Assembly: GCA_965247665.1 (NCBI GenBank)
Contig: CBDFHH010000002.1
Span: 132,261-196,260, forward strand
Origin: Alphaproteobacteria bacterium
Lineage (GTDB): Bacteria; Pseudomonadota; Alphaproteobacteria; SHVV01
Direction: 5' to 3'
Length of the DNA: 64,000 bases
Shown one piece after another: positions 11,565 to 21,965 of the stretch. Positions within the stretch are counted from its first letter, which is position 1. Every line of letters begins with the position of its first letter. The notes beneath the pieces were generated by a model. The model saw nothing but the letters and a program-made list of their open reading frames with translations, did not search any database and was not told where the DNA came from. The translations under genes and the position numbers were made by a program.

Positions 11565-12680
11565 CTACGATCCATCCAATCGCGCTACGGTCCAGAAACC
11601 GCCGGCGTCCTCGGCCAGTCTGAGATTGTTCTGCGCCAGCGCTACCCTCAGGCGCTCGACGTCACCCCAATAATGGAGCACGACCCGCGCGCTCGCCACG
11701 GAGAGCGCGGTTAGCTCGACACGCCGCACGAGGCTGTTGTTACCCAGACGTTCCCGGACGGCAAGCCAATCCCGCAATTCCCGAAGCGGAACAACAGCGC
11801 TCAAAGTGCGTTCCTCGTCGAAACGGATGAGCGTGTCGGCCTTCCATCGTTCCTGAATGCCGGTGGTAATCGCCCTCACGGCGCGTTCGATCATCGCCGT
11901 CTCGGTTTCCTGTTCGCGGCTGGAGAAACTCTCGACGATCACGCTCTGGCCCGCCGTGCCGTGCTGACGCAGCGACACCTGCAATAGTCGCGCCCGGGTC
12001 GTGAGATCAATGTCGAGCTCCGCGAACGCCACCAGAACGTCGGCAACGTCGTATCGGTTCGCAATAACGCCGAGCCGTCGGCCATCTCCTGCGAGCGCCT
12101 GCTCGGCGCTGATCGCCGCCATGTCGGCCAACCCTCCGGCCGGCACGAGCAACGGAACAGGCGCGTCGGCACCGACCGTCAGGTTGGACCAACCGTCCCT
12201 CCATGGGTTGGGAACCTGCCACAGACGAACCGCTCCCGCCGCCCGGAAGACCGGCAACACCAAAAGCGGTTTCGATCGCGTTTCCGAGAAAGAGATGCCG
12301 TGCTGACGCAGCAGGTTGCGTACTTCGTCCTTCTTAAACCTGACCCTCAAGGTGGCGATATAACGAGTTGCCGAGGTCTTTTCCTCGTCAACCTCTATGG
12401 CACCGACCAGTTCCGCGATCACCTCTGCGACCACGGACGGCAGTCGTCCGTGGTCGGCCTTCAAGGTAAGCCGCTCGAGCAACCGGCGCAGTGCCCATTG
12501 TTGTCCTTTCGCCAGAGCAACATCGCGCGCCGCGGCGGCCGTCTCCGCCGTATCGTCGACCGCGACCCGCGCAACGGTATAGATGTCGGCTGCCAGCGCC
12601 GGCGAGGGGTGAAGTAATGCCAATGACGACGCCAAGACTACAAGCACAAAGTGCTGAATCGAGGCGAGCCTAGCGAACAT
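11565..12680 (-). CDS. DUF2066 family exported protein
   Basis: Signal peptide, IYTVARVAVD..ARDVAL..ALRRLL..YIATLRVRF..LLVLPV; usual locus position. Confidence 0.75.
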   Translation of the reverse strand: MFARLASIQHFVLVVLASSLALLHPSPALAADIYTVARVAVDDTAETAAAARDVALAKGQQWALRRLLERLTLKADHGRLPSVVAEVIAELVGAIEVDEEKTSATRYIATLRVRFKKDEVRNLLRQHGISFSETRSKPLLVLPVFRAAGAVRLWQVPNPWRDGWSNLTVGADAPVPLLVPAGGLADMAAISAEQALAGDGRRLGVIANRYDVADVLVAFAELDIDLTTRARLLQVSLRQHGTAGQSVIVESFSSREQETETAMIERAVRAITTGIQERWKADTLIRFDEERTLSAVVPLRELRDWLAVRERLGNNSLVRRVELTALSVASARVVLHYWGDVERLRVALAQNNLRLAEDAGGFWTVARLDGS

Positions 12681-12741
12681 TGCAAACCGGCAGTGATCGA
12701 TTATTGTCAAACTGGCCCGCCATCTCGTTTTCGGCAACATG

Positions 12742-12859
12742 GTGAGACTCCGCCAACAGATACACCGAGATAGAGGCGGGTGTCGACTGCGGCGGGTTCG
12801 GCGAGCACCTGCTTGACCCGCTCGATCGCGGCATCAATTCCGGGAATAATGGTACCTGC
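12742..12859 (+). pseudogene. Probable relic of purM (AIR synthetase)
   Basis: Frame reads DSANRYTEIEAGVD-C-GGFG, resembling PurM N-terminal TY..AGVD and GGFG motifs, at the normal purM position before purN. Confidence 0.5.
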
Positions 12860-13510
12860 GTGGCGAATCTGAAGGTTGGCGTATTGATTTCCGGGCGCGG
12901 CACGAATCTCCAAGCGCTCATCGACGCGTGCGCCGATCGCTCTTTTCCCGCTGAGGTGACTGTGGTCATTTCGAATGTCCCGGGCGCCTCGGGCCTCGAC
13001 CGCGCCCGCGCCGCCGGCATCGATGCGACCATCGTCAATCACAAAGATTTCGAGGATCGAACCCGCTTTGAACTCGAACTGACCCGCACCCTCGAAGCCG
13101 CCGGTACCACCTTCGTCTGTACCGCCGGCTTCATGCGCATTCTGACGCCAACCTTCGTGGATCACTGGCACGATCGACTCATCAACATCCATCCGTCGCT
13201 GTTGCCCGCGTTTCCCGGTCTCAACACGCACCAACGGGCGATCGATGCCGGCGTCAAATTCGCCGGTTGCACGGTCCATTTCGTGCGCGCGGAGGTGGAC
13301 AAGGGGCCGGTTATCGTGCAGGCAGCGGTTCCGGTGAGCCCGCGAGACGACGCGGCGTCCCTTGCCGCCCGCGTCCTCGCGGCGGAACATGTTTGCTATC
13401 CGCGCGCGCTGCGCCTGATCGCCGAGGGCCGCGCGCGAGTTCGGGGAGACGTGGTGGAGATCGAAGGCGCCGGTGCGGTCGATGGCGTATTGATTAATCC
13501 GAACGAATGA
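12860..13510 (+). CDS. purN: Phosphoribosylglycinamide formyltransferase
   Basis: VLISGRGTNLQAL, AGFMRIL, INIHPSLLP, GCTVHFV, DKGP. Confidence 0.96.
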   Translation: MANLKVGVLISGRGTNLQALIDACADRSFPAEVTVVISNVPGASGLDRARAAGIDATIVNHKDFEDRTRFELELTRTLEAAGTTFVCTAGFMRILTPTFVDHWHDRLINIHPSLLPAFPGLNTHQRAIDAGVKFAGCTVHFVRAEVDKGPVIVQAAVPVSPRDDAASLAARVLAAEHVCYPRALRLIAEGRARVRGDVVEIEGAGAVDGVLINPNE

Positions 13511-13538
13511 CCGAAGTACGGTTTCGTTCGTGCCGGTC

Positions 13539-13961
13539 TTAGCCCACGATATCGTCGTCGGCGAAGAAGAAAGCGATTTCGGCAGCCGCGTTCTCGCGCG
13601 AATCCGATCCGTGGACGGTATTGGCTTCGACCGATACCGCAAAGTCCTTACGGATCGTTCCAGCCTCGGCTTCAGCCGGATTCGTCGCGCCCATAATCTC
13701 TCGATTCCGCGTGACGGCGTCCTCGCCTTCGAGAACCTGCACGACCACCGGACCGCTGGTCATGAAGGTGCAGAGATCGTTGTAGAACGGGCGGTCCTTG
13801 TGCACCGCATAGAAGGCTTCTGCACGCTCGCGGGTTAACCGGATGCGCCGTTGGGCAATGATACGCAACCCGGCATCCTCGAGATACGTATTGACCTTGC
13901 CGGTAAGGTTGCGGCGGGTGGCATCCGGCTTGAGTATCGAAAGGGTGCGTTCGATCGCCAT
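13539..13961 (-). CDS. ndk: Nucleoside diphosphate kinase
   Basis: [28 protein letters not shown]. Confidence 0.97.
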   Translation of the reverse strand: MAIERTLSILKPDATRRNLTGKVNTYLEDAGLRIIAQRRIRLTRERAEAFYAVHKDRPFYNDLCTFMTSGPVVVQVLEGEDAVTRNREIMGATNPAEAEAGTIRKDFAVSVEANTVHGSDSRENAAAEIAFFFADDDIVG

Positions 13962-14055
13962 GGACAAAGATCCTCGTCGGTGGGTGGGGCCGGAGCGGCG
14001 CGGGTTATAGTCGAGATCGCGACGCGATGCCAAGCCTTTAGGCGAGCCTTCCGGT

Positions 14056-14508
14056 TCAGTCGCCGGCGCGTTGCCAGCGACCCTCCGGCGTTTGGCGCCA
14101 GAAAACCACCTCGTGACCGGCATCCCGCGCCGAGCGCCAGCGGTGTCGCGCATCGGCGACCGCCGCCTCGTCTTTGCCATCGAACAATAGCAAGCAGCGC
14201 ACGAACCCGTCCGGCTCGTCATGCTCGGCACCATCGACCAGTACCAGTACTTTAGCCCCGTTGGGATTTTCCTGCCCGGTGGTCAGGTAGATCGGCTGCG
14301 CGTCGGCGTGACCGTCCGTAGCCATGCCGTGGGGCAGGAACGAGCGCTGTTGGTAGGTCCACAATGCGGTGTTAAGCGCTTCGACGCGCTCTTCTGAAGT
14401 TGCCAGGACCAGAGCGCGATACCCTCGCTCGACAACTTTCTCCAGAAGTTTGGGTAGCACGCGTTCGAGCGGCGAATGCTCAAGCTGGTAGAAGCCAATC
14501 TCCGTCAA
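14056..14508 (-). CDS. holC: DNA polymerase III subunit chi
   Basis: FYQLE..LLEK..LWT..SFLPHG; follows pepA. Confidence 0.92.
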   Translation of the reverse strand: MTEIGFYQLEHSPLERVLPKLLEKVVERGYRALVLATSEERVEALNTALWTYQQRSFLPHGMATDGHADAQPIYLTTGQENPNGAKVLVLVDGAEHDEPDGFVRCLLLFDGKDEAAVADARHRWRSARDAGHEVVFWRQTPEGRWQRAGD

Positions 14509-14532
14509 CCGAACAGCGCCTCCTTCACGTGC

Positions 14533-16047
14533 CTATCCTCGGCGCCGCGATCTCGTTTCGTAATGGTCCGCCACGAGCCGGTCCAGCAAGCGTACGCCAA
14601 ATCCCGAGCCCCCTTTGGGAACCGTCGGCGTCGCTTTGTAGCACCACGCCATGCCGGCAATGTCGAGGTGCGCCCACGCCACGCCGTTAACGAAGTGCTG
14701 TAGGAAAAGGGCAGCGGTTATGCTGCCTGCGCTGCGCCCGGCGCCGACGTTCTTGATGTCGGCAATCTGTGATTTGATGTCGGGCTCGTAGGACTCATGC
14801 AGCGGCATGCGCCACACCCGTTCACCGGTCGCCTCCCCAGCTTCGACGAGGCGCTGCGACAGCTCGTCGTTGTTGCTGAACAGGCCGGCATAGTTGTGCC
14901 CGAGCGAGACGATCATGGCCCCGGTCAGGGTGGCCAGATCGACCATCGCCGCCGGCTTGAAACGTTTCTGGACGTACCACAATACGTCCGCCAAAACGAG
15001 GCGGCCCTCGGCATCCGTGTTAATCACTTCGACCGTCTTTCCCGACAGCGCTTTGACCACATCGCCCGGACGCTGCGCAGTTGCGGAAGGCATGTTCTCG
15101 ACCAGCCCGACCGCGCCGATCGCATTGACCTTCGCCTTGCGGCCGGCCAGCGCTCGCATCAGTCCTACGACGGTTCCGGCACCGCCCATGTCCCATTTCA
15201 TTTCCTCCATCCCCGAGCTCGGCTTGATGGAGATGCCGCCGGAATCGAACGTCACGCCCTTGCCGACAAAAGCGATGGGCTTTCGGTCGGCGCGGGAAGC
15301 GCCGTTCCATCGCATGACGACCACGCGGGGATCACGGGCGCTACCCTGGGCGACGCCGAGCAGCGCCCGCATGCCGATGCGTTTGAGCTTGGCTTTATCA
15401 AGCACCTCCACGCTGACCCCCAGCTTGCTCAGCTCGCGCGCCTTACGCGCCAGCGTTTCGGGATAAATGATATTGGCCGGTTCGGAGACGAGGTCGCGGG
15501 TGAGAATGACACCGTCCGCGACCTGGCTTTGCGGCGCAAACGCTCGGCGGGCCCGATGGGGATCACCGCTCATGATGGTCAGCGTTTTGACGGTTGGCTT
15601 GGTCTCCTTCTTCTCGGTCGTCCGATAACGGTCGAAACGGTAGCTGCCCAGACGCGCACCCAGGGCGATCGCTGCCGCGGCCTCGGCGACCGAGACACCA
15701 TCGCCGGCTTCGGCATCGACGGCAATTGCAAGGGAGCGGTCACCCCCCTGATTGGCGCGGCTCATAAGGCGTCCGCCGATCGCTTCATAGGTCGATCTAT
15801 CGAGCTTCTTCGGATCACCCAGGCCATAAAGGAGCACCCGGTTCGCCGCGATACCCGCCGGCGCCAGGATCTGCTCGATCTGGTTTTTCTCGCCGTCGAA
15901 GCGACTGGCTCTGAGCGCCCGCTTGATTGCACCGTCGATCCGCTCATCGACATCCTGCGCCGTCGCGCTCAGGCGTCCGCCTTTACCTATGCCGACCGCG
16001 AGCGCACCGCTGCGCGGTGCGGCAACGCCGGTGAACTCAATCTTCAT
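14533..16047 (-). CDS. pepA: Leucyl aminopeptidase
   Basis: VGKGVTFDSGG, MKWDMGG, NTDAEGRLVLAD, DLATLTGA, HLDIAG. Confidence 0.96.
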   Translation of the reverse strand: MKIEFTGVAAPRSGALAVGIGKGGRLSATAQDVDERIDGAIKRALRASRFDGEKNQIEQILAPAGIAANRVLLYGLGDPKKLDRSTYEAIGGRLMSRANQGGDRSLAIAVDAEAGDGVSVAEAAAAIALGARLGSYRFDRYRTTEKKETKPTVKTLTIMSGDPHRARRAFAPQSQVADGVILTRDLVSEPANIIYPETLARKARELSKLGVSVEVLDKAKLKRIGMRALLGVAQGSARDPRVVVMRWNGASRADRKPIAFVGKGVTFDSGGISIKPSSGMEEMKWDMGGAGTVVGLMRALAGRKAKVNAIGAVGLVENMPSATAQRPGDVVKALSGKTVEVINTDAEGRLVLADVLWYVQKRFKPAAMVDLATLTGAMIVSLGHNYAGLFSNNDELSQRLVEAGEATGERVWRMPLHESYEPDIKSQIADIKNVGAGRSAGSITAALFLQHFVNGVAWAHLDIAGMAWCYKATPTVPKGGSGFGVRLLDRLVADHYETRSRRRG

Positions 16048-16197
16048 CTCGCCTTGCCTCCCCATAACAAGCCCACAAGCGCTATCGAGCGCGCACCGTC
16101 GGGTGGCCGGCCATCTTAGTTGCGCAATAGACAAAGAAAAGCCCCGCCGCACGGCGCGGCGGTATCCGCGATGCGATTGGGCGGCTAATATGGAGGG

Positions 16198-17316
16198 ATG
16201 GGCGGCGTTCCCCGCTATATCCTGTGGCAACTGGTCGGACCCACGATCTTTGTTACTGTCACGCTGACCGGCGTGATATGGCTGTCACAGAGCCTTCGCT
16301 TTCTCGACCTCATCATCAACAAGGGCTTATCGGCAGGGGAATTTTTCTACCTGACGCTGCTCTTGCTACCGAGGATTCTCGTCCTGCTGGTTCCAATCTC
16401 GCTGTTCTCGGCAACGGTGTACATCTACCACCGCCTCAAGACCGACAGCGAGATCGTAGTCATGCGCGCGGCGGGGCTCAGCCCCGTGTCCCTGGCCATG
16501 CCGGCGATCGTCGTGTCCGTCGCCGCTGCGGCGGTTTGCTATTTGCTGACGCTATATCTCCAGCCGCTGGGGTTCCGCACTTTCAAGGATCTCCAATTCT
16601 CCTTTCGCTCCAACTACGCCTCGGTCCTGGTGCAGGAAGGCGTATTCAATACGTTGGTCAACGGCGTTACCGTCTTCGTCAGGGCACGCGAACCAAACGG
16701 CGAGCTCACGGGAGTATTCGTTCACGACGCGCGCGATCCCGGCAAGCCCACGACGATGATGGCTGAGCGCGGCGCGCTGATCCGGACCGACAAAGGGCCG
16801 CGGTTCGTGCTTGTCAAAGGTAGTCGGCAAGAGCTGGACACGAGAGATCCAGGTGTGTCGTTCCTGTTCTTCGACCGCTACACACTCGATCTTCAGCAGT
16901 TCTCGGATGCACCGACGAAGCGATGGCGGGAGCCGGGCGAACGCTACCTCCACGAACTTCTCAACCCCGGAGACGGCGCCGACGACCTGGCGAACGCGGA
17001 CAAGATGTTTGCCGAAGCGCACCAGCGGTTGACGGCGCCCCTCTATGCCATCGCGTTCGTGCTGATCGCGGTATCGAGCATATTTTATGGCGAGTATAAC
17101 CGGAGGCGGGACTGGGCTCGGATCCTAGTCGCGGCGGTCGGTGTAATGATCGTGCGAACGCTCGGAGTCGGCTTCACCTCCGTCGTCAGCAATACCCCGG
17201 AGCTGGTTTCGCTAATGTACGCTAATGTGGCCGTACCGATCTTGGTTTGCCTGTACGTTCTCTCGACGATGCGCCGCGTGCGGGCGCCAAGGCAGCTCGA
17301 TACCGGTGCCACTTGA
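16198..17316 (+). CDS. lptF: LPS export ABC transporter permease LptF
   Basis: RYILWQL, DSEIVVMRAAG, EGVFNT, EAHQRL; YjgP/YjgQ topology. Confidence 0.9.
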   Translation: MGGVPRYILWQLVGPTIFVTVTLTGVIWLSQSLRFLDLIINKGLSAGEFFYLTLLLLPRILVLLVPISLFSATVYIYHRLKTDSEIVVMRAAGLSPVSLAMPAIVVSVAAAAVCYLLTLYLQPLGFRTFKDLQFSFRSNYASVLVQEGVFNTLVNGVTVFVRAREPNGELTGVFVHDARDPGKPTTMMAERGALIRTDKGPRFVLVKGSRQELDTRDPGVSFLFFDRYTLDLQQFSDAPTKRWREPGERYLHELLNPGDGADDLANADKMFAEAHQRLTAPLYAIAFVLIAVSSIFYGEYNRRRDWARILVAAVGVMIVRTLGVGFTSVVSNTPELVSLMYANVAVPILVCLYVLSTMRRVRAPRQLDTGAT

Positions 17317-18410
17317 TGCGCCTGTCTCCGACCCTCCTCGCCTATCTCGGTCGCCAGTTCCTGGTCGGCATAGTGCTGGCATTGGCAATCCTGCTCGCGT
17401 TGGTTCTCATCGTCGATATCGTCGAACTCTTGCGACGGGCCGAGGGACGCGAAAGCGCCGGGCTGATCGAAGTGTTCGAGATGGCGATGCTGCGATCGCC
17501 ATTCATGGCGCAGAAGCTTTTACCCTTCGCGACGCTATTTGGCGGGATGTACACCTTTCTGCAATTGTCGCGCTCGCAGGAACTCATCGTCGCCCGGGCG
17601 GCCGGCGTATCGGTCTGGCAGTTCCTGATGCCCGCCCTGTTCATCGCTTTCGTGATCGGCGCCTTGGCCGTATCGGTGTTCAACCCGATCGCTTCGGTGA
17701 TGATGTCTCGATACGAGCAGCTCGATAACAAATACCTACGCGGCCTGCCCAGCCTGTTAGCCGTGTCCTCAACCGGCTTGTGGCTGCGCCAGGCCGACGC
17801 TCAAGGTCAGTCGGTGATTCACGCCGCGAGCGTTTCGCGTGAGGGTGCCGAACTCGATCGGGTGATCGTATTCCTGTATCGCGGCGACGATAGTTTCGAA
17901 GGTCGAATCGACGCCGCGCGTGCGCGCCTGATCGACGGCTATTGGGATCTCGAGAACGTTCTGGTCACGCGCGTGGAAGGACGCGCAGAATCGATCGCGC
18001 GTTACCTTCTCCCAACCACGATAACCAGCGCACAGATCCAGGAGAGCTTTGCTTCACCCGCGACGATGTCTTTTTGGGCGCTTCCGGCCTTCATCGAGGG
18101 GCTCGAGCGCGCCGGGTTCGCCGCCCGAAAACACCTGCTTCACTGGCATTCCTTGATCGCGCTGCCGCTACTGCTTTGTGCGACGGTTCTCGTCGCTGCG
18201 ACCTTTTCGCTACGCCTGACACGCCGGGGGAGCATCGGCTTGCTGGCAATGGGCGGCGTCCTGGCGGGTTTTCTCCTATACTTCCTCACTGACTTGGTTC
18301 TCGCGCTGGGCGCGTCCGGGGCAATCCCGGTCGCACTTGCCGCATGGAGCCCTGCGGGCGTCAGTAGCCTGCTGGGCCTCGCCATGCTGTTCCACCTAGA
18401 AGACGGTTAG
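17316..18410 (+). CDS. lptG: LPS export ABC transporter permease LptG
   Basis: ELIVARAAGVSVWQFL, LWLRQ, C-terminal FHLEDG; TGATG overlap with lptF. Confidence 0.9.
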   Translation: MRLSPTLLAYLGRQFLVGIVLALAILLALVLIVDIVELLRRAEGRESAGLIEVFEMAMLRSPFMAQKLLPFATLFGGMYTFLQLSRSQELIVARAAGVSVWQFLMPALFIAFVIGALAVSVFNPIASVMMSRYEQLDNKYLRGLPSLLAVSSTGLWLRQADAQGQSVIHAASVSREGAELDRVIVFLYRGDDSFEGRIDAARARLIDGYWDLENVLVTRVEGRAESIARYLLPTTITSAQIQESFASPATMSFWALPAFIEGLERAGFAARKHLLHWHSLIALPLLLCATVLVAATFSLRLTRRGSIGLLAMGGVLAGFLLYFLTDLVLALGASGAIPVALAAWSPAGVSSLLGLAMLFHLEDG

Positions 18411-18418
18411 TCCGACAC

Positions 18419-20563
18419 GTGCACAGGCTCGCAGTCTTGCGCGGCGCCGGCACCGGCCTCTTTCTCCTGCTCGTCGCCGCAAGCGCGCCTGCCCTGGGGC
18501 AATCGGCGCCGGTTTTGTTCCGCGCCGACGACCTCACTTACGATCAAGAGAGCGGCATCGTCACCGCTCGCGGCAACATTGAAGTCAGCGTCGAAGACCG
18601 CATCCTCGTCGCTGACCTCGTCTCCTATTTCGAGCGCACCGGCGTGATTACCGCTAGCGGCAACGTCGCCATTCTCCAACCGAGCGGAGACGTTTTCTTC
18701 GCCGACGAGGTCAAGCTCACCGAGGACCTTCGCGAGGGTGTCCTTAGCGGCTTCCGGGCCCTGCTCGGCGGGCAGGCGAGGATTGCCGCCGCCGGCGCGG
18801 AGCGGCGTGACGGCAACCTGACGACGATGGCGCGCGCGGTGTTCACAGCCTGCGAGTCGTGCGAAACAGATCGGACGCGCCCGCCGCTGTGGCAAATCAA
18901 AGCATTCGAGGTGGTTCACAACGAGCGCCGCAAACGCATCGAATATAAGGATGTCGTCCTCGAGTTTTTCGGCGTCCCCGTCGCCTACACGCCCTATTTC
19001 TTCCACCCCGATCCGCGTGTGAAACGCGAAAGCGGCCTGCTAGCACCCATCTACGGCCGTTCCACGCAGCTCGGGCTGCGCTTACAAACCCCCTACTATG
19101 TCAATATCGCCCCGCATCGCGATGCGACGATTGCCCCTATCTTTACGTCGAAGGAAGGAATCGTCGGCACTGGCGAATACCGCGAGCTAACCTCCAACGG
19201 GGAGTTCTCGTTCAGTGGCAGCCTTACGCGCGTTGACGAGAGAGACGAGACCAATACCAAAAGCGGCGACAAGGAGTTCCGCGGCCACATCTTTGGTCGC
19301 GGCCGTTTCGACATCAATCAGACTTGGTCGTGGGGTTTCGACCTCGGGCGAGCGACCGATGATACTTACCTGCGTCGCTATGACTTCAGCAATGCGGATG
19401 CGTTGACCACCAACGCGTTTATCGAGGGCTTCCGCGGGCGCAACTACGCGTCCGCCAACGCCTACCTCTTTCAGGGTTTTCGCAGCGACGATGATCCCGA
19501 CGCGACGCCGGCAATCCCTGCCCTGCTCGATTACCACTTTGTCGGTGAACCAGGTCGACGCGGCCAAACCTGGCGCCTGATCGCTAACGCGCTTGTTCTC
19601 GAGCGAGACATCGGCGTGAGCACGAACCGCCTCACCCTGGAAGGGATTTGGCACCTACCCTACACCTCACCTCGGGGTGCGCTCTACAACTTGTCGGCAA
19701 CGCTGCGCGGTGACCTCTACTACACCGACGACGCAACGACCTCCTCCGATCCCGTCGCCAGTCCGGATGACGGCTTTACCGGACGCCTGTTTCCACAAGT
19801 GAGTCTCGATTGGCGTTATCCCCTTATCGCACACACCCGCCGCTTCCGGCAGATTATTGAACCGATCGTCGTCGCCATTGCCGCGCCCTTTGGCAGCAAT
19901 CCGGCTGATATTCCCAATGAGGGCAGCCTCGCGTTCGAATTTGACGATACCAACCTGTTCATCACCAATCGGTTTCCTGGTTTCGATCGTGTCGAAAGCG
20001 GACCTCGCGTGAATTACGGTGTCAAAGTGGGCGTCTTTGACGCGGTCGGCGGCTATGCAATTCTGGTGTTCGGACAGAGCATTCGGCTTAAGGAGGACGA
20101 TACCTTTGCCGACAAGACAGGATTGGAAGACAACCGCTCGGACTATGTCGGACGCTTTGACTTCGTTCCTTCCCGCTTTGTCGATTTCAATCAGCGCATC
20201 CGCTTGGACCGCGATACGTTCTCCATCCGGCGCCACGAAACAAACCTTGGCGTTGGACCGAAGTTTCTCCGAATCAACGCCTCCTACGTCTTCTTAAGCC
20301 GCGAGTTAACGACGGGCGAGCTAACCGGGGGTGAGCAAATCGACCTATTCGGCCGATTGCAAGTTACGCCGCAATGGGCCCTCACGGCGGGGACACGGCG
20401 AAATCTCAAAGAGGAGCGCTCTTTGAGCTTCAATTCGTCGATCGAGTATCAGGACGAGTGTCTCATCTTCTCCATCGGCCTTGATCGTACGTTTTTCAAC
20501 GACCGTGATCTCGAACCCTCGACCTCCGTCACCGTGAACCTCAAGCTCAAGCATCTGGGGTGA
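18419..20563 (+). CDS. lptD: LPS-assembly protein LptD
   Basis: ADDLTYD, FTACESC..PLWQIKA, ESGLLAP, YQDEC. Confidence 0.92.
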   Translation: MHRLAVLRGAGTGLFLLLVAASAPALGQSAPVLFRADDLTYDQESGIVTARGNIEVSVEDRILVADLVSYFERTGVITASGNVAILQPSGDVFFADEVKLTEDLREGVLSGFRALLGGQARIAAAGAERRDGNLTTMARAVFTACESCETDRTRPPLWQIKAFEVVHNERRKRIEYKDVVLEFFGVPVAYTPYFFHPDPRVKRESGLLAPIYGRSTQLGLRLQTPYYVNIAPHRDATIAPIFTSKEGIVGTGEYRELTSNGEFSFSGSLTRVDERDETNTKSGDKEFRGHIFGRGRFDINQTWSWGFDLGRATDDTYLRRYDFSNADALTTNAFIEGFRGRNYASANAYLFQGFRSDDDPDATPAIPALLDYHFVGEPGRRGQTWRLIANALVLERDIGVSTNRLTLEGIWHLPYTSPRGALYNLSATLRGDLYYTDDATTSSDPVASPDDGFTGRLFPQVSLDWRYPLIAHTRRFRQIIEPIVVAIAAPFGSNPADIPNEGSLAFEFDDTNLFITNRFPGFDRVESGPRVNYGVKVGVFDAVGGYAILVFGQSIRLKEDDTFADKTGLEDNRSDYVGRFDFVPSRFVDFNQRIRLDRDTFSIRRHETNLGVGPKFLRINASYVFLSRELTTGELTGGEQIDLFGRLQVTPQWALTAGTRRNLKEERSLSFNSSIEYQDECLIFSIGLDRTFFNDRDLEPSTSVTVNLKLKHLG

Positions 20564-20669
20564 TCGCGGTTTTTTCGACCCGATATGAATGCTATCGTAG
20601 GCGGGTGCGACGCGAGCCAGCGACAGCTCGGTGTTGCAATCAAGCTCCTAATTTCGATAGTCGGATGCG

Positions 20670-21965
20670 ATGACGACCAATGGCGCACAACGCGGATTGT
20701 CGAACTTGGTGCGCGCGCGGATATTCGCGGCCGCCGCCCTTTGCTTGCTCGCGGCGCTACCTCAGGAAGTCAGCGCGCAGCAGGTTCAGTCGATCGCGGC
20801 GGTGGTCAACGACGAAGTGATCTCGGCGTACGATCTCGAGCAGCGCGTTCGACTTCTGTTAACGACGGCACGGATGAGGGACACGGCGAATACCCGACGA
20901 CGCTTGAGGCAGCGTGCGCTACGTGGCCTGATCGACGAGAAACTGCGGCTCCAGGAGGCGCGCCGCTTCAGTATATCGGTCACTGAGGCGGATCTGCAGC
21001 GCGGTATCGATGTCGTCGAAAAGCAAAACAACATGAAACCGGGTGACTTGAAGCGGTTCCTGGCTTCGCGCGATATCGGGTTCGATATCTTCGTCGATCG
21101 CCTACGCGCCGAGATCGCGTGGAACAAGCTGGTGTCGCGGCGGCTGCGCCCCGCCCTGCGTATCGGCGAGGACGAGATCGACGAGGTCGAGAAACAGGTT
21201 GTTGCAAGCAAGGAGGAAACGGCGTTTCTGATCTCCGAGATTTTCCTCCCGGTTGATTCCGCCGACGACGATCCACGCGTGAAACAAACCGCCGAGCGGA
21301 TTGTTGCGGATATCCAGGGCGGCGCACGTTTCGCGGAGATGGCGCGCCAGTATTCCGAGGGAGTCACCGCTTTTGAGGGCGGTGACGTCGGTTGGGTGCG
21401 GCCGGGACAGCTCGCGCCGCAAATCGTCGCGGTCTTGGCGAGAATCGCGCGCGGCAGCAGAACGCCGCCGATTCAAACGACTGCGGGATATTTCATTGTC
21501 GAGCTTCGCGACCGTCGGTCGCCGGACGAACCGGGACGGGCGACCGTAACGCTCAAACAAGTCGTGCTCCCGCTAACAGGGGGCGCTTCGGCCGCCGAGA
21601 TCGAGAGTCAACGTCGACGCGCTGAGACGATTGCTGCGTCGATCAACAGTTGCAGCGATGCCGAAGGCGTTATTGCGCGCCTGGAGTCGCCCGAGTCGGG
21701 TGATCTCGGGACCCTCGAGGTCTCGGATCTTCCAGCCGAATTTCGTCCTGTTGTTCGCGAAACGCCGATCGGCAAAGGCAGTCCGCCAATCGTTCGAGAA
21801 AACAGCATTCACGTTCTTGTGGTTTGCAAGCGCCAGATTGACAATCTCGAACCGCCCGATCGAGAAGCGATCGCCCGGGCATTGAGCAACACCCGGCTCG
21901 CGCTGATGGCGCGGAGATACCTGCGCGATCTCACGCGTGACGCTACCGTCGAAATCAGGCAATGA
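20670..21965 (+). CDS. surA: SurA-type peptidylprolyl isomerase
   Basis: IAAVVNDEVIS, LIDEKL, GGDVGW, RYLRDL. Confidence 0.88.
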   Translation: MTTNGAQRGLSNLVRARIFAAAALCLLAALPQEVSAQQVQSIAAVVNDEVISAYDLEQRVRLLLTTARMRDTANTRRRLRQRALRGLIDEKLRLQEARRFSISVTEADLQRGIDVVEKQNNMKPGDLKRFLASRDIGFDIFVDRLRAEIAWNKLVSRRLRPALRIGEDEIDEVEKQVVASKEETAFLISEIFLPVDSADDDPRVKQTAERIVADIQGGARFAEMARQYSEGVTAFEGGDVGWVRPGQLAPQIVAVLARIARGSRTPPIQTTAGYFIVELRDRRSPDEPGRATVTLKQVVLPLTGGASAAEIESQRRRAETIAASINSCSDAEGVIARLESPESGDLGTLEVSDLPAEFRPVVRETPIGKGSPPIVRENSIHVLVVCKRQIDNLEPPDREAIARALSNTRLALMARRYLRDLTRDATVEIRQ

